From the NCBI GenBank assembly GCA_963747235.1, contig CAVVEU010000017.1, positions 94,127 through 158,126 of the forward strand: a DNA stretch of 64,000 nt, in the 5' to 3' direction. A model generated the notes under the pieces. That model saw only the letters and a list, made by a program, of their open reading frames with translations, searched no databases and was not told the origin of the DNA. Of the stretch, positions 52,468-63,429 are shown piece after piece. The DNA comes from an uncultured Candidatus Rokubacteria bacterium. Lineage in GTDB: Bacteria; Methylomirabilota; Methylomirabilia; Rokubacteriales; CSP1-6. Position 1 is the stretch's first letter. Every line of letters begins with the position of its first letter. Position numbers and translations under genes: made by a program.

Positions 52468-53693
52468 TTCTTGTCCCACGCGAACGGGGGCACCGGCACG
52501 TACTTGCCGCCGGCGGCCGCCGCGACCGACTCGGGATAGATCGGCACCTTCTTGCCGCCCTGGATCTGCACGACCACGGTCTGGATGGGCATGCGGTGCC
52601 CCTCGGCGAGCGGCGTGAACTTGCGGGTGCCCCACGCGGTCACGAAGGTGGTGGACTCGAGGGCGGCCTGGATCTTCTGCGGATCGAGGCTGCCCGCCTT
52701 CTGGATGGCGTCGAGCAGGACCAGGGTGGCGTCGTGCGCCTGCACCGCGAAGTTGGTGGGATCCGTCCCGGTCTTCTTCTTGTAGGCCGCCATCATCGGC
52801 TCGGACACCTCGGAGTACTTCGCGGGCCACCAGCGGTTGTTGACGATGGCCAGATCCGTCTGCTTGACGTGCTGGTCGATGAACGTCTGCGCGCTCACGG
52901 TGGCGCCCATGTGGGCGATGAGCGACGGCACCTTCAGCTCGAACCACTGGTTGAAGAGCACCGGCCCGCTCGAGCCGTAGACCTCGCCGATGGTGGCCTG
53001 CGCGCCGGACCGCTTGATCTTCGCCCACTGCGGGGTCAGGTCGGTCACGCCGCGATCGACGAACTCGTCGGCGGCGACCTCGACGTCCTTGGCGTTGGCG
53101 GCGAACCAGTCGCGGACGATGCGGGAGAAGTCGCGCCCCGCATCGGTGTTCTCGTTGAGCAGCGCGATCTTCTTCGGCTTCACGTGCTGCGCGACCGCGG
53201 CCGCCACCGAGCGCGCGATGTCGTTGGCGGTGGGGCTGAGCTGGAAGACGTGCTGCATCTTGTTCTGGGCGATCTTGTCGCCGATCTTGAGCGACGCCGA
53301 GCAGCAGGTGACCACCGGGGTCGGGGCCTTCTGGAACTCGTCCATCACCCGGATGAACACGTCGCTGGAGAGAAAGCCCATCCCCACGTGGATCTTGTCG
53401 ACGGTGAGGGCGCGCGTGACCACGTTGAGCCCGACGTCGCCCTTGCCCTCGTCGTCGTACCAGATGACGCGGACCTTCATCGGCTTGCCGCCCACCTGGA
53501 GCGTCGCCATGCGCTCGAGCGCGACCTCGGTGCCCGCCTTCATCTGCGCGCCCACGTCGGCGCTGATCCCGGAGATGGGCAGGAACGCGCCGAGCTTGAC
53601 TTCATCCTGGGCGCCCGCGCTCAGGGGGGCCGCGAGGAGCGCCGCCAGGCCGAGCAGGAGCGCCACGAGTCCGATCGCCGTGGGTTTGCGCAT
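52464..53693 (-). CDS. Branched-chain amino acid-type ABC substrate-binding protein
   Basis: Signal peptide, KLGAFLPISG, YDDEG, DAIQKAGSLDP; GGAGG RBS. Confidence 0.9.
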   Translation of the reverse strand: MRKPTAIGLVALLLGLAALLAAPLSAGAQDEVKLGAFLPISGISADVGAQMKAGTEVALERMATLQVGGKPMKVRVIWYDDEGKGDVGLNVVTRALTVDKIHVGMGFLSSDVFIRVMDEFQKAPTPVVTCCSASLKIGDKIAQNKMQHVFQLSPTANDIARSVAAAVAQHVKPKKIALLNENTDAGRDFSRIVRDWFAANAKDVEVAADEFVDRGVTDLTPQWAKIKRSGAQATIGEVYGSSGPVLFNQWFELKVPSLIAHMGATVSAQTFIDQHVKQTDLAIVNNRWWPAKYSEVSEPMMAAYKKKTGTDPTNFAVQAHDATLVLLDAIQKAGSLDPQKIQAALESTTFVTAWGTRKFTPLAEGHRMPIQTVVVQIQGGKKVPIYPESVAAAAGGKYVPVPPFAWDKK

Positions 53694-53877
53694 GGTCACG
53701 CCTCCGCGTGGTGGATCGTGCCGGGACGCACAGTGGCGGGATGATAGCACACGGGCGGCGCGGTGGCTGGGCGGGCTCGGGCTCCTCCGGTCCGCGCAGA
53801 TCGCCCCGCCCTTCCGTAAACATCCGAGACCGGATGGGCCAGTCGGCGCTGGATCCGGCGGCGGTCGAAGCGTTTAG

Positions 53878-53915
53878 GACTCGTCCGCTGCAAGCACGGG
53901 TTAGGTGGCATTCGG
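53878..53915 (-). mobile_element. Partial attC-like site (R''/L'' arm) after the VIT1 gene
   Basis: - strand ATGCC-ACCTAAC-CCGTG-CTTGCAGCGGAC, matching RYYYAAC-N5-L'' architecture. Confidence 0.55.
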
Positions 53916-53924
53916 CGAAAGCCC

Positions 53925-54637
53925 CTAGACGACGGCGCCGAATAGACGCCCGACGGCGGCCGTGCATCCCATGGCCACCGCACCCCAGAACGCGACGCGC
54001 AGCGCCCCTCGTGTGAGCGAGGCACCGCCGAGGCGAGCAGCCACACCCCCGAGGACAAGGAGGAGCCCCAAGGTCACTGCCCACGACGCCCAGCGTCAGG
54101 CTCCCGGGCAGGCAATAGCGCCGCAAGGAGCGCGGGGGGCGCCGCCCCGACCGCAAAAGAGGCCGCGGACGCCACCGCTGCCTGAATCGGCCGAGCCCGT
54201 GTCGTCTCATGGATGCCGAGCTCGTCCCGGGCATGGGCCCCCAGGGCGTCGTGGGCCATCAGTTGATCTGCGACTTGGATCGCGAGGTCGCGGCTGAGGC
54301 CTCGGGCCATGTAGATCCCCGCCAACTCGGTTCGCTCGGCCTCCGGCGAGGTAGCGAGTTCGCCGCGCTCCCGGGCAAGATCAGCCTGCTCGGTATCGGC
54401 TTGGGAGCTGACCGAGACGTACTCGCCCGCGGCCATCGAGAGGGCGCCGGCCACGAGACCCGCGACTGCGGCGAGCAGGACGGCCGCTCGGCTCGGCTCG
54501 GCCGAAGCCACGCCCACAACCAAGCTGCTCGTGGAAATGAGGCCGTCGTTGGCGCCGAGGACGGCGGCGCGCAACCAGCCGATCCGCTCGCTACGGTGCA
54601 ACTCACCGTGCATGGTCGTCCTTTGTATTCGTGCCAA
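53925..54637 (-). CDS. VIT1/CCC1 family iron/manganese transporter (frameshift near 54100)
   Basis: WLRAAVLGANDG, SMAAGEYVSVSSQAD, AHARDELG. Confidence 0.9.
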
Positions 54638-55074
54638 TCGGATGCCGCCTAGCGTTCAGGCTTCTATCGAGCATGACGGATAACCCTTGGACTAAACCCC
54701 ACGCGCCCATGGGGTACGGGGATTCTATCGTACCGACCGGACTACTAGAAGTAGAGCGGGTGGGCCGTGCGGGGTGGGAAGCAGGAGGCGCGTACTGGAG
54801 CGCGACCAGGCGGCGGAGGTCTAAGTAGCGCCTCGGAATTGCTTCCCACTCCCACCGCACAATTGTGCCTTCACCTGGGCCAAGGAACCGGCCTCATTCC
54901 CGAGAGCGAAGCGCGCTGGGCGGGAATGGATCGCCGGCTGGGGCTTGATAGCGGGGCATTCGACGTGACTACGCAGATCAACCGGAATCTCGAACAGGCG
55001 GCGCATGAACTCGCGGCGGCCGTGCGCGCCGAGTAGCATAGCCGGGCTCGGCTATAAGCCCCTTAGACCCCGGC

Positions 55075-55218
55075 TAGCCAGAGCCCCGACGACGACTCCC
55101 AGCCCGTGCCGCCGAAGGCATGAGCCTCCCCAGGCCCAAGGGATCAGCGAACAGTGAGATGAGCACGAGGAACATACCGCCGCCGATCACGATCCTGGCG
55201 AGCATTGGCCGGTCCATC
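55075..55218 (-). pseudogene. Small membrane protein remnant
   Basis: MDRPMLARIVIGGGMFLVLISLFADPLGLG, then a frame break. Confidence 0.4.
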
Positions 55219-55237
55219 TAGTCGGTTTCTTCATCGC

Positions 55238-56258
55238 TTACTCAATCACCTGGTCCGCCCGCAGCAGCAGCGACGGCGGGATCGTCAGGCCGAGCGCCTT
55301 GGCGGTCTTGAGGTTGATGACCAGCTCGAACTTGGTCGGCTGCTCGACGGGCAGGTCGGCGGGCTTGGCGCCCTTGAGGATCTTGTCGACGTAGACCGCG
55401 GCACGTCGCTGCATCTCGGAAACATTTACTCCATAGGACATGAGGCCACCTGGCTCGACAAACACCTGGAGCTCATAGACTGCGGCGATCCGATGCGCGG
55501 CCGCAAGATCGACGATGGCCTTTCTATGCACGAACATGAAGGCCGACGACGTCACCACTACACCCTGGTCGTGATTCTTCTTCATGCCGAGGAAGGCGGC
55601 AGCCAAGTCCCCCGCTCGGCGCACGATGAACGTATGAACCTCTATGCCGAGGCTCCGAGCCGCGATAGCGACCTCGTTCGATCGTACCGAGCGCGCATCT
55701 GGGGGAGTGCCGAGGGTGTGACGTCCTCTCGAAGGAACGCGACCTTTGAAAGATTCGGTACAAGCGCTTTGAGAAGCTCGAGGCGCTTCGGGATGAGATC
55801 ATCGTTCAGGAGCTGTGACCCTGTGATATTGCCCCCAGGCTTTGCGAGGCTGTCGACGAGTCCTGCGGCAACGAGATCACTCGTCGGCGCGACCGACCAC
55901 GATGGGGATGGTTTTCGTTTCCAGTTGAAGGATCTTTGCCAGGCCCGCGCTCGAGACGAACAGCACGTCGACCTTGAGGCGCACGAGGTCAGCGGCGCCT
56001 GCGCGAAGCTGATCGGCTGATTCGCCGAACCGTCGCTCGACGACCATGTTTTGGCCATCGACCCAGCCGAGCTGTCTCATCGACAGCCAGAACGGGTTTG
56101 TCGAGACGGACTTCGCCAGCTCCTCTGGGCTCGGAGCTGGACCGATGCCAAGAATTCCCACGCGAGCCATCTTCTCTGACTTCTGCGCCTCGGCGGCGAG
56201 CGGCGCGGCGAGGAGGCCGCCGCCCCGTGCCGGCGAGGAACGTGCGACGGTCTATCAC
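55238..56258 (-). CDS. ABC_sub_bind family substrate-binding protein, orphan (several frameshifts)
   Basis: MIDRRTFL, LGWVDGQN, SLAKPGGNITG, KRLELLK, GGLMSYG, PVEQPTKFELVINLKTAKALG. Confidence 0.88.
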
Positions 56259-56285
56259 TGACCTGCCCGCTGAGCGCCGCGAAGC

Positions 56286-56825
56286 CTATCGCCGCGCGCT
56301 CGCCGGCGGCACGATCCCGTTCATTCGCAGATAGACGACGAGCTGACCGTAGTGGTTGCGAATTTGGAACAGCGGGCCCTGCCAGAACGTGGCCCGAGTG
56401 ACCGTCCGGTCGCCGAACGGGAACTTCACGGGCTCGAGGAGCTGGGCGTCGGTCAGCGGCGTGATCATCTCCTGCGCGCTCTGGAAGGTCTTCTTCAGCA
56501 GGGCGATGACCTCGGGCTTCGCCATCGCGCCGTGATGCGCGGCTTCCGTCTTGGTGCCCTTGGCGGCGTCGATGAAGCGCTGCGTGATGCCGGCCACGTG
56601 CACAAGCTGGTCGCCGAAGCTCGAGATCTCCGGCGTCGGCTTGTAGCTGTACTTGTCAGGGGGCATCGCTTCCGCGACGTCGAGAATCTCGGTGACGGCG
56701 CGCTGGAAAGTCGCCGCAAGCTCCTTGGCCTGGCTCGGCGCCGGCGTCTGGGCCGAGACCAAAGAGGGTACGGCGGCAGCGACGACGGCCAAGAATACCA
56801 CGCACGCATACGTCAGGGTTTTCAT
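56286..56825 (-). CDS. DinB-family protein with signal peptide
   Basis: AEAMP.DKYSYKPTP..SFGDQLVH..HYGQLVVYLRMNGIVPP; GGAGG RBS. Confidence 0.85.
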   Translation of the reverse strand: MKTLTYACVVFLAVVAAAVPSLVSAQTPAPSQAKELAATFQRAVTEILDVAEAMPPDKYSYKPTPEISSFGDQLVHVAGITQRFIDAAKGTKTEAAHHGAMAKPEVIALLKKTFQSAQEMITPLTDAQLLEPVKFPFGDRTVTRATFWQGPLFQIRNHYGQLVVYLRMNGIVPPASARR

Positions 56826-56903
56826 GGTTGCCTCCCGGAGAGGTTTATCGAACATCGTTCACTCCTTGTCAAGCTGACCCACCCAAGCCAGAGTGCGCGG
56901 GCG

Positions 56904-58031
56904 TCACCGGCACAACCGACGGTAGAGTGCTTCGTAGCGCGGTACGATGACCTGCGCGGAGAATCGTTCGCGCGCGCGCGCCTGCGCCGCGCGGCCGAGG
57001 GCGCTGCGTCACGGCTCGTCGTTGATCAGGGTCTCGAGCGCGTCGGTCAGCGCGGCGACATCGCCGGCTGGCACGAGCAGGCTGCTCGTTTTCCACCACC
57101 ACCTCCGGGATACCGCCCACACGGGTCGAGACGCTCGGGCACCCGAAACACATGGCTTCGAGGATGCTCAGGCAGAAACTCTCGGTGTCGGAGGTGTAGA
57201 GGCCGATGTCTGCGATCTGAAGGTAGTCCTCGATGGCGGTGACCTTCTCGCGGACGATCACGCGGTCGGTCAGGCCGAGCCGCCGCACGTCATCGGCGAA
57301 CGGCGCGAACGCCTCGCCGGCGAGTATGAGGAGCTTGAAGGCCTCACGCGGGCGTACGCGCGCGGCGGTCTCCAGCAGGAGGTCGACGCGCTTGCCGTGG
57401 CGCAGGGTGGACGAGTGCACCACGAGGACTTCGTCGCCGAGGCCGAGCTCGCGGCGGACGTCGTCGGGCGAGCGGCTGGGCGGGCGCGGAGCGAAGAAGT
57501 TGTGGATGACCTCGATCGGGCCGTCGAAGTCGACGCACTCGGGTTTCGCGCTTGAGCGACTCGGACACGGCGGTGACCGCGTCCGACGAGGCCAGCGCGT
57601 GCTGGATGGCGGGCGCGTAGCCGGCGTCGCGGCCGAGCAGCGTCGTGTCCGTGCCGTGCAGGGTCGTGACAACGCGGGGTTGCAGGTCGGGCGGGAGCAT
57701 GGCGCGCGCGAGGATCGCGGCGGTGGCGTGAGGGACGGCGTAGTGGACATGGAGCACGTCGAGGCGATGGTGGCGGCTCACCTCGGCCATGCGCACGGAG
57801 AGCGGCAGGGTGTAGTCAGGGAACCGGAACAGCTCGTATTCGTTGATGGCGACAGGATGGAAGTGCAGGCGCGGTGCGTCCGAGGGCAGCCGGAACAGGA
57901 CGCTCGTAGGCGATGAAGTGCACGTCGTGCCCGCGCGCCGCGAGGTCCTCGCCGAGGGCGGTCGCCAGCACGCCGCTGCCGCCGACCGACGGGTAGCACG
58001 TGATGCCGACGCGCAGCTTGTCCGCCGCCAT
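56904..58031 (-). CDS. bshA: BshA-like GT4 glycosyltransferase (GlcNAc-malate synthase); several frameshifts
   Basis: [41 protein letters not shown]. Confidence 0.85.
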
Positions 58032-58063
58032 CTCAGAGACCGTGCGCGCCGGCGGGCACCATG

Positions 58064-58831
58064 TCAGCCCGATAGCTCCGTGAACGCTTCATCCCAGCGC
58101 TCGATGTCCTCCCGCCGTATGTATGCGATCTCCGGCGCGTCCTCCGGCCGAAGATATGCCTGCTCGCTCGCGCCCGTCACGTAGTGCGTGCAGTGGATCA
58201 CCGACTGCATCCACCGTAGTCGCGTGTCGCGGGTCGGGCTGGTTTGCTCCTTGCTGAAGGGACGGCCGCCGGCAGCGAGACGTATGCGTCGCCACCCTCG
58301 TGGAGGTATAGCTCGCCGTCGCGGGCCGGGCCCGCACGGGTTCGCCCTCCGACCGGACATCCACGAAGAAGTCGTCCACGTCGCACCGCGGCCCGGACCT
58401 CGGGGTCGCTCGAGCGCACGACGTCGATGCCGTCGAGCAGTCCCATGCCGCGGTACATCTCGAGGCAGAAATCGGCCACGTCGGTCAGCCGCGGTTTGCG
58501 GAACGGTCGATGACGGGCGTCCACGTACGTCGCGATCTGGCAGCGTCCGGGCGCGCCAGTCGGGGGCGATCCGCTTGCGTACAGGGGGGAGAACTTCCGC
58601 TGGAGCTTGCTGACCACCGCAAAGTTCAGGTGCGCGGGCTCGCCGTTCTCGCGATGGCGGAGGATCGTGCGCGTCTCGCGTGGGTCGTGGTCGCTATCGT
58701 GGTAGAAGTACACGATCTCGCCGCCGAGCTCCGCCTGCAGGCGTCGCGCGGTGAGGATCTTCGCCACAGGAACCGCCGTGGGAAGAATCCACAGGGCTGC
58801 TGGCCGAAGCGATCACCGGCTCAGCGCTCAT
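58064..58831 (-). CDS. Short BshC-like protein (about 250 aa; several frameshifts)
   Basis: [29 protein letters not shown] and [10 protein letters not shown] parallel the BshC GQQ, EDHD and GGPGE.Y motifs. Confidence 0.55.
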
Positions 58832-60515
58832 GGCACAGCAGCTCGTCTTCGCGGCCGACGCGCGCCAGGAGCCGTCTGCACGCCACGCTAAATGCGATGC
58901 AGGCAGCGCAGCCGATGACGTTGTACCAGAGGTAGCCGATGTTGAGCGAGAAGTACATCACGATCACGAGCGCTCGCGGTGACGGCCGCGAGGCACACCG
59001 CCGTCCCGCCCACGCGGCGAAAGAAGAACGCCGCCAGAAACGTCCCGGCAGGACGCCGTAGAAGATCGAGCCAAGGATGTTCATCGCTTCGATGAGGTTC
59101 TCCGCCAATTCAGCGAAGAACGCGAATGCCACCGCGAGGCGCCCCACATCACGGTGAAGCGCGGGGCCACCGCACGTAGTGAGTCGTCCGGGGCGTGCGG
59201 CGGAAGTGCCGGTAGACGTCGATCGTCGTCGTGGTGCCGAGCGCGGCGAGCTCGGAGGCTTTCGACGACAGCGCCGCCGCGAACATCACGGCCACCAGCA
59301 GCCCGATCAGCCCGTGCGGCAGCTGCGTGGATAAACGTGATGAACACGTAGTCGGAGTCCTGGGTCTTGGCGCGCGGGTCGGCGGCCGCGAGGGCCGCCT
59401 TGGCCTCGGCGCGGATCTCGCGGGTTCGGTCGTCGGCCGCGACCATGGCTTGCGCGCGCTCGCTTCCCGCCCAGCGTCGTTCCAACGCGCGGGCCTCGAG
59501 CCACGCCCGAATCGCGGCTGGCTTGCGCGACGGCGGTGGCGTGCTTGGCCTCGATGGCGCGGAAGCGGCTGTCCTGCGCATGGCCGCTCCACTCCGCCTG
59601 GTTGAAGAACACCGGGGCGGCGCGAACTGATAGAACACGAACAGGAGCACGCCCAGCAACAAGATGACGAACTGCATCGGGATCTTGCAGCACGGCGTTG
59701 AACATCAGGCCCAGGCGGCTCTCGCGCATCGACGTGCCGCAGATAGCGCTGCACCTGCGACTGGTCGGTGCCGAAGTACGAGAGGGCGAGGAACAACCCG
59801 CCGAGCACGCCGCGACCACACCGTGTAGCGTCGGCCGAGGCCGAGCGAGAAGTCGACGGCCTGCAGTTTGCCCGTGCGCGCCGGCCAGTGCGCAGCCTCG
59901 GGGAACGTCGAGGCCCGGCAGCTTGGACGCAGCAGCACGGCGACGGCGGCGACCATGCCGACGAAGATCACGGCCATCTGCTACTTTTGCGTCGGTTGAC
60001 CGCTTCGCTGCCGCCGGCGACGGTGTACACGATCACCACCACGCCCGGTGCAGACGATGGTCAGATCGAGCGCGCCAGCCCATGACCGTCGAGAGCACGA
60101 TCGCAGGCGCGTAGATCGTGATGCCTGCCGCCAGGCCGCGCTGCAGCAGGAACAGGCCGGCGCCCAGCAGCCGCGTCTTCGGTCGAATCGCTGGCCGAGG
60201 TACTCGTACGCCGTGTACACGTTGAGCCGGCGGTAGTCGGCAGGAACACGGCGCGACGACGATCAGCGCGAGCGGCACGCCGAAGTAGTTCTGCACGAAG
60301 CCCATGCCGCTCTCGTACCCCTGGCCCGGGGTCGAGAGGAACGTGATCGCGCTGGCCTGCGTGGCCATGACGGAGAGGCCGATCGTGCCCCAGCCGGTGT
60401 TACGCGTTGCCGCGCAGGTACGGTTGAGGCTCCGCACGTGGCGCGTGCGCCACGCCCCGTACGCGGCGATGCCCACGATCGTGCCGAGCAGCACGACCCA
60501 GTCGGCGACGTTCAC
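58821..60515 (-). CDS. Sodium:solute symporter (many frameshifts)
   Basis: SVMATQASAITFLSTPG, YTAYEYL, SYFGTDQSQVQRY, IEAMNILGSIFYG. Confidence 0.85.
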
Positions 60516-60664
60516 GCGAAGATCCCCGTGAACACGGTCAGCAGGACGACCACGAGCACGAACCACCCGAACACGAACAGGTAGATCCCGCGCCAGGTGC
60601 GAAACCCGGGGACGTCGGGCGGCTCGGTCTCCGAGGGCTCGTCGGGGCGCGGCGCGGGCGTCAT
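60512..60664 (-). CDS. Small single-TM protein preceding the symporter
   Basis: PGFRTWRGIYLFVFGWFVLVVVLLTVFT; overlaps both neighbours. Confidence 0.7.
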   Translation of the reverse strand: MTPAPRPDEPSETEPPDVPGFRTWRGIYLFVFGWFVLVVVLLTVFTGIFA

Positions 60665-63263
60665 TTGCCCAGCGAGACGAGATTCGCGAACAGCCGATAC
60701 GCGCCGGGCACGGCTTCGGGAAGCTGGCGAAACCACGCGAGACTGGTGTAGACGAGGTATCCGTTGCCGTGCCGCGCCACCAGCAGGCCGCCCTTGAGCG
60801 GCGGCTCGCCGGTGTCGCCGGAGGCGAGGATGGCGGTGAAGCGGTCGTCCCAGTGGTCGGGGAAGTAGAGCCCGCGCTCTTGCATCCAGCCCTCGAAGTC
60901 CGCCGCGGTGATGCGATTCGGCGTGGTCAGCACCGGATGCTCGGGCGCTAGGATCGTCACCGGCGCGTGCTCGTCGGTCACACGGTCGCGCGAGAGGTGC
61001 AGCTGGAACGGCGCGAGCCACCCCTCGCGCAGACCGTCCAGGGTGTTGTACTGCGCAACGACCGTGCCGCCGGCCTCGACGTACGCGAACAGCGCGGGCA
61101 GGCGCTCGGCGAGATCCGTCCTCACGTTGAAGGCGCGGATGCCGATGACCACCGCGTCGAGGCCGCGCAGCCGTTCCGGCCTCAGGTCGGCGCCGGTCAG
61201 GGACGTGACCTCGTAGCCCATCTGCTCCAGGGCGGCGGACACGTCGTCGCCAGCGCCCGGCAGGTAGCCGACGTGGCGGCCACGCGTCGCCAGCTCGAGC
61301 GAGACCGCCCGAGCGCGCGCCGGGGGCTGCAGAACCTGCAGCGGCAGATGTTCGTAGCGCACCTCGATGCGTTGCTGGTTGAAGCGCCGGCCGTTGATCT
61401 CCACGCTCGGCCCCGAGCGGCCCGGTCGCGGAGCTGCGGCGGCGCGGTCACGGTGAAGGTGAAACGCGCGTGCGCGCCCGGGGCGGCGAGTCGAAACGGC
61501 TGCGCGGCCGGTGTCACGCTCCAGCCGGCCGGCGCGTCGAGCTGCACGGTGCCGGCGCGCGCGCGCGGGCGGTGGTGAGGTCCACCGTCACCGGACGCTC
61601 GGCGCCGGCGCGAGAGCTCGGACGCTCGTGTCGAACCGCTCGGAGCCACTGGCGCGATGACCTCGAGGCGGCGCGGGCCGCATCGCGGGCTCGGCCGGAA
61701 TCCACGGCCGGCCTCGGCTCATCGGCGATCACCAGCTTCTGCCCGTCCACGTCGAACACCAGCTCGAGTGGGAATCGCCGGCGGGTTCTCGGGCTGACCG
61801 ATGAGTGACGGATCGCCGACGTCGCTACATCCCCACCGTCCGACGGTGGCGCAGGCCCCGGTACGGCTGGCTCGGCCGGAGCTGCTCGCGGGCCACGACC
61901 TGGGAGGCGTCGCGGACGACCGGCTGGTTCGCGCACAACGCGATCGTCTACGCTGGTTCGTTGTGCGACACTCGGGTACCGCACCGCCGTCCACCGCACG
62001 GGGATGCGTCGCCGCGCGACCGCCGTGCGGCATGCGCCACAGCCGCCGTCTCCCGTGCACGACCTCGGCGCGATCCGCGACGGTCGACTCGACACTCAGC
62101 CCGAGGCACGCCGGCAGGATCCGATGAGCTGCCGCGCGCTTGTCGCTGGACGGGATCCGGCGGTCGGCCAGCGGCCGGCGACGGCGCTTGCGGAGCGCGC
62201 GGCGCCGGCACGCTGCCTGACGTCCTTTGCGGTTGAACGTCCGGCGATGCGCCTCGTCGGATGCTGCGCGCGATCTCCTCGCCGCCCGGCACGCGGTTCC
62301 AGGTCGTGTCGACGCCGTCGAGGAGTCGGTCTTCGCGGGCGTCGCCGGCGAGTGCTGGAACGGCTCGTTCCGCGGACCGCCGCCCCCACGAGCCCGCGCC
62401 CGCCGCCGAGTTGCCGAAACCCTGCGTCTTGTGCATGGCCACGGCTCCGCGGCCGCGATCGACGGCGAACGCTCGCCCGAGACGGGATCCGTTGCCGCCG
62501 ACCTCGACCTTCGACCACGCCCGGCCCATCCGGCTCGTTGCGGGCGAACGCCGCATGGGCATCCCGGCGCCGGGATTCGCCGCGGCGGTGCCCAGGCCGA
62601 CGTTGTGGAGGATGCGGCGCGCTTGCCACGGCCGGAGCTCGCTCAGCTGCTCGGGAAACGCCGTCGGGTCTCCGGCGGGCTGAACGCTTCGACGGCCAGC
62701 ACGGCCGACGCGGTGTGATGACCGTGCGTTGGCGCGGGCCTTCGGGAGAGAACCGGGTGATGATCACGTCGGGCGAAACTAGCGGATCATGCGCACGATG
62801 CTCGGACGAGGACCGCCGGGCGGCCCCCCACGTCCGAGCGTCTCTTCGTCGTCCTTCGAGTAACCGAAGTCCATCGCGCGCGTGAAGTACTGCTGCCCTC
62901 CGGTTCCAGCCGGCGCGCGGCGAGCAGCTCCTGAGTGCGGCCAGCGCCCAGCGCCTCGCCGAATTCGGGGCCGAGCAGGTTCTGTCCGCCGTCGCCGCGG
63001 GTGAGCGACAGATACGCCGTGCGGACCGCCGGCCACGCGCCAGAAAGGTGATGAGGTTCGTGTTCTCGTCGTCCGGATGGGCGGCAATGTACAGCACGCT
63101 GCCCATCGTCGCGACGCTACGCAGCTGCTGCAGTACCGCGGCCCCCGTCGGTGGCTCGGCGGCGTGGCCGATGTCGGAGGAGCCCCGCCAGGATGGTCAC
63201 GCCGAGCGCGGCCCAGACCGGCACATTCCAGAGGGTCTCGCGCAGCAACAGGGAAGACGTCAT
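60661..63263 (-). CDS. Large exported PIG-L/LmbE deacetylase with Ig-like and GATase-like C-terminal domains (many frameshifts)
   Basis: [29 protein letters not shown]; C-terminal [29 protein letters not shown]. Confidence 0.8.
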
Positions 63264-63429
63264 CGGCGGCTCCCACGATAGCACGGCATCCAACGGAAGG
63301 CGCGCGGCGGCCGACGTACCGGGGGGAGACTCTTGGTCCCATTTATGTTATCTACGCTCTGGATGATCAGCGCGCCACCCGGGGCGGAGCCCGTGCCCAC
63401 CGCAGTCTCGTCACCTGACAGGAGGAACC

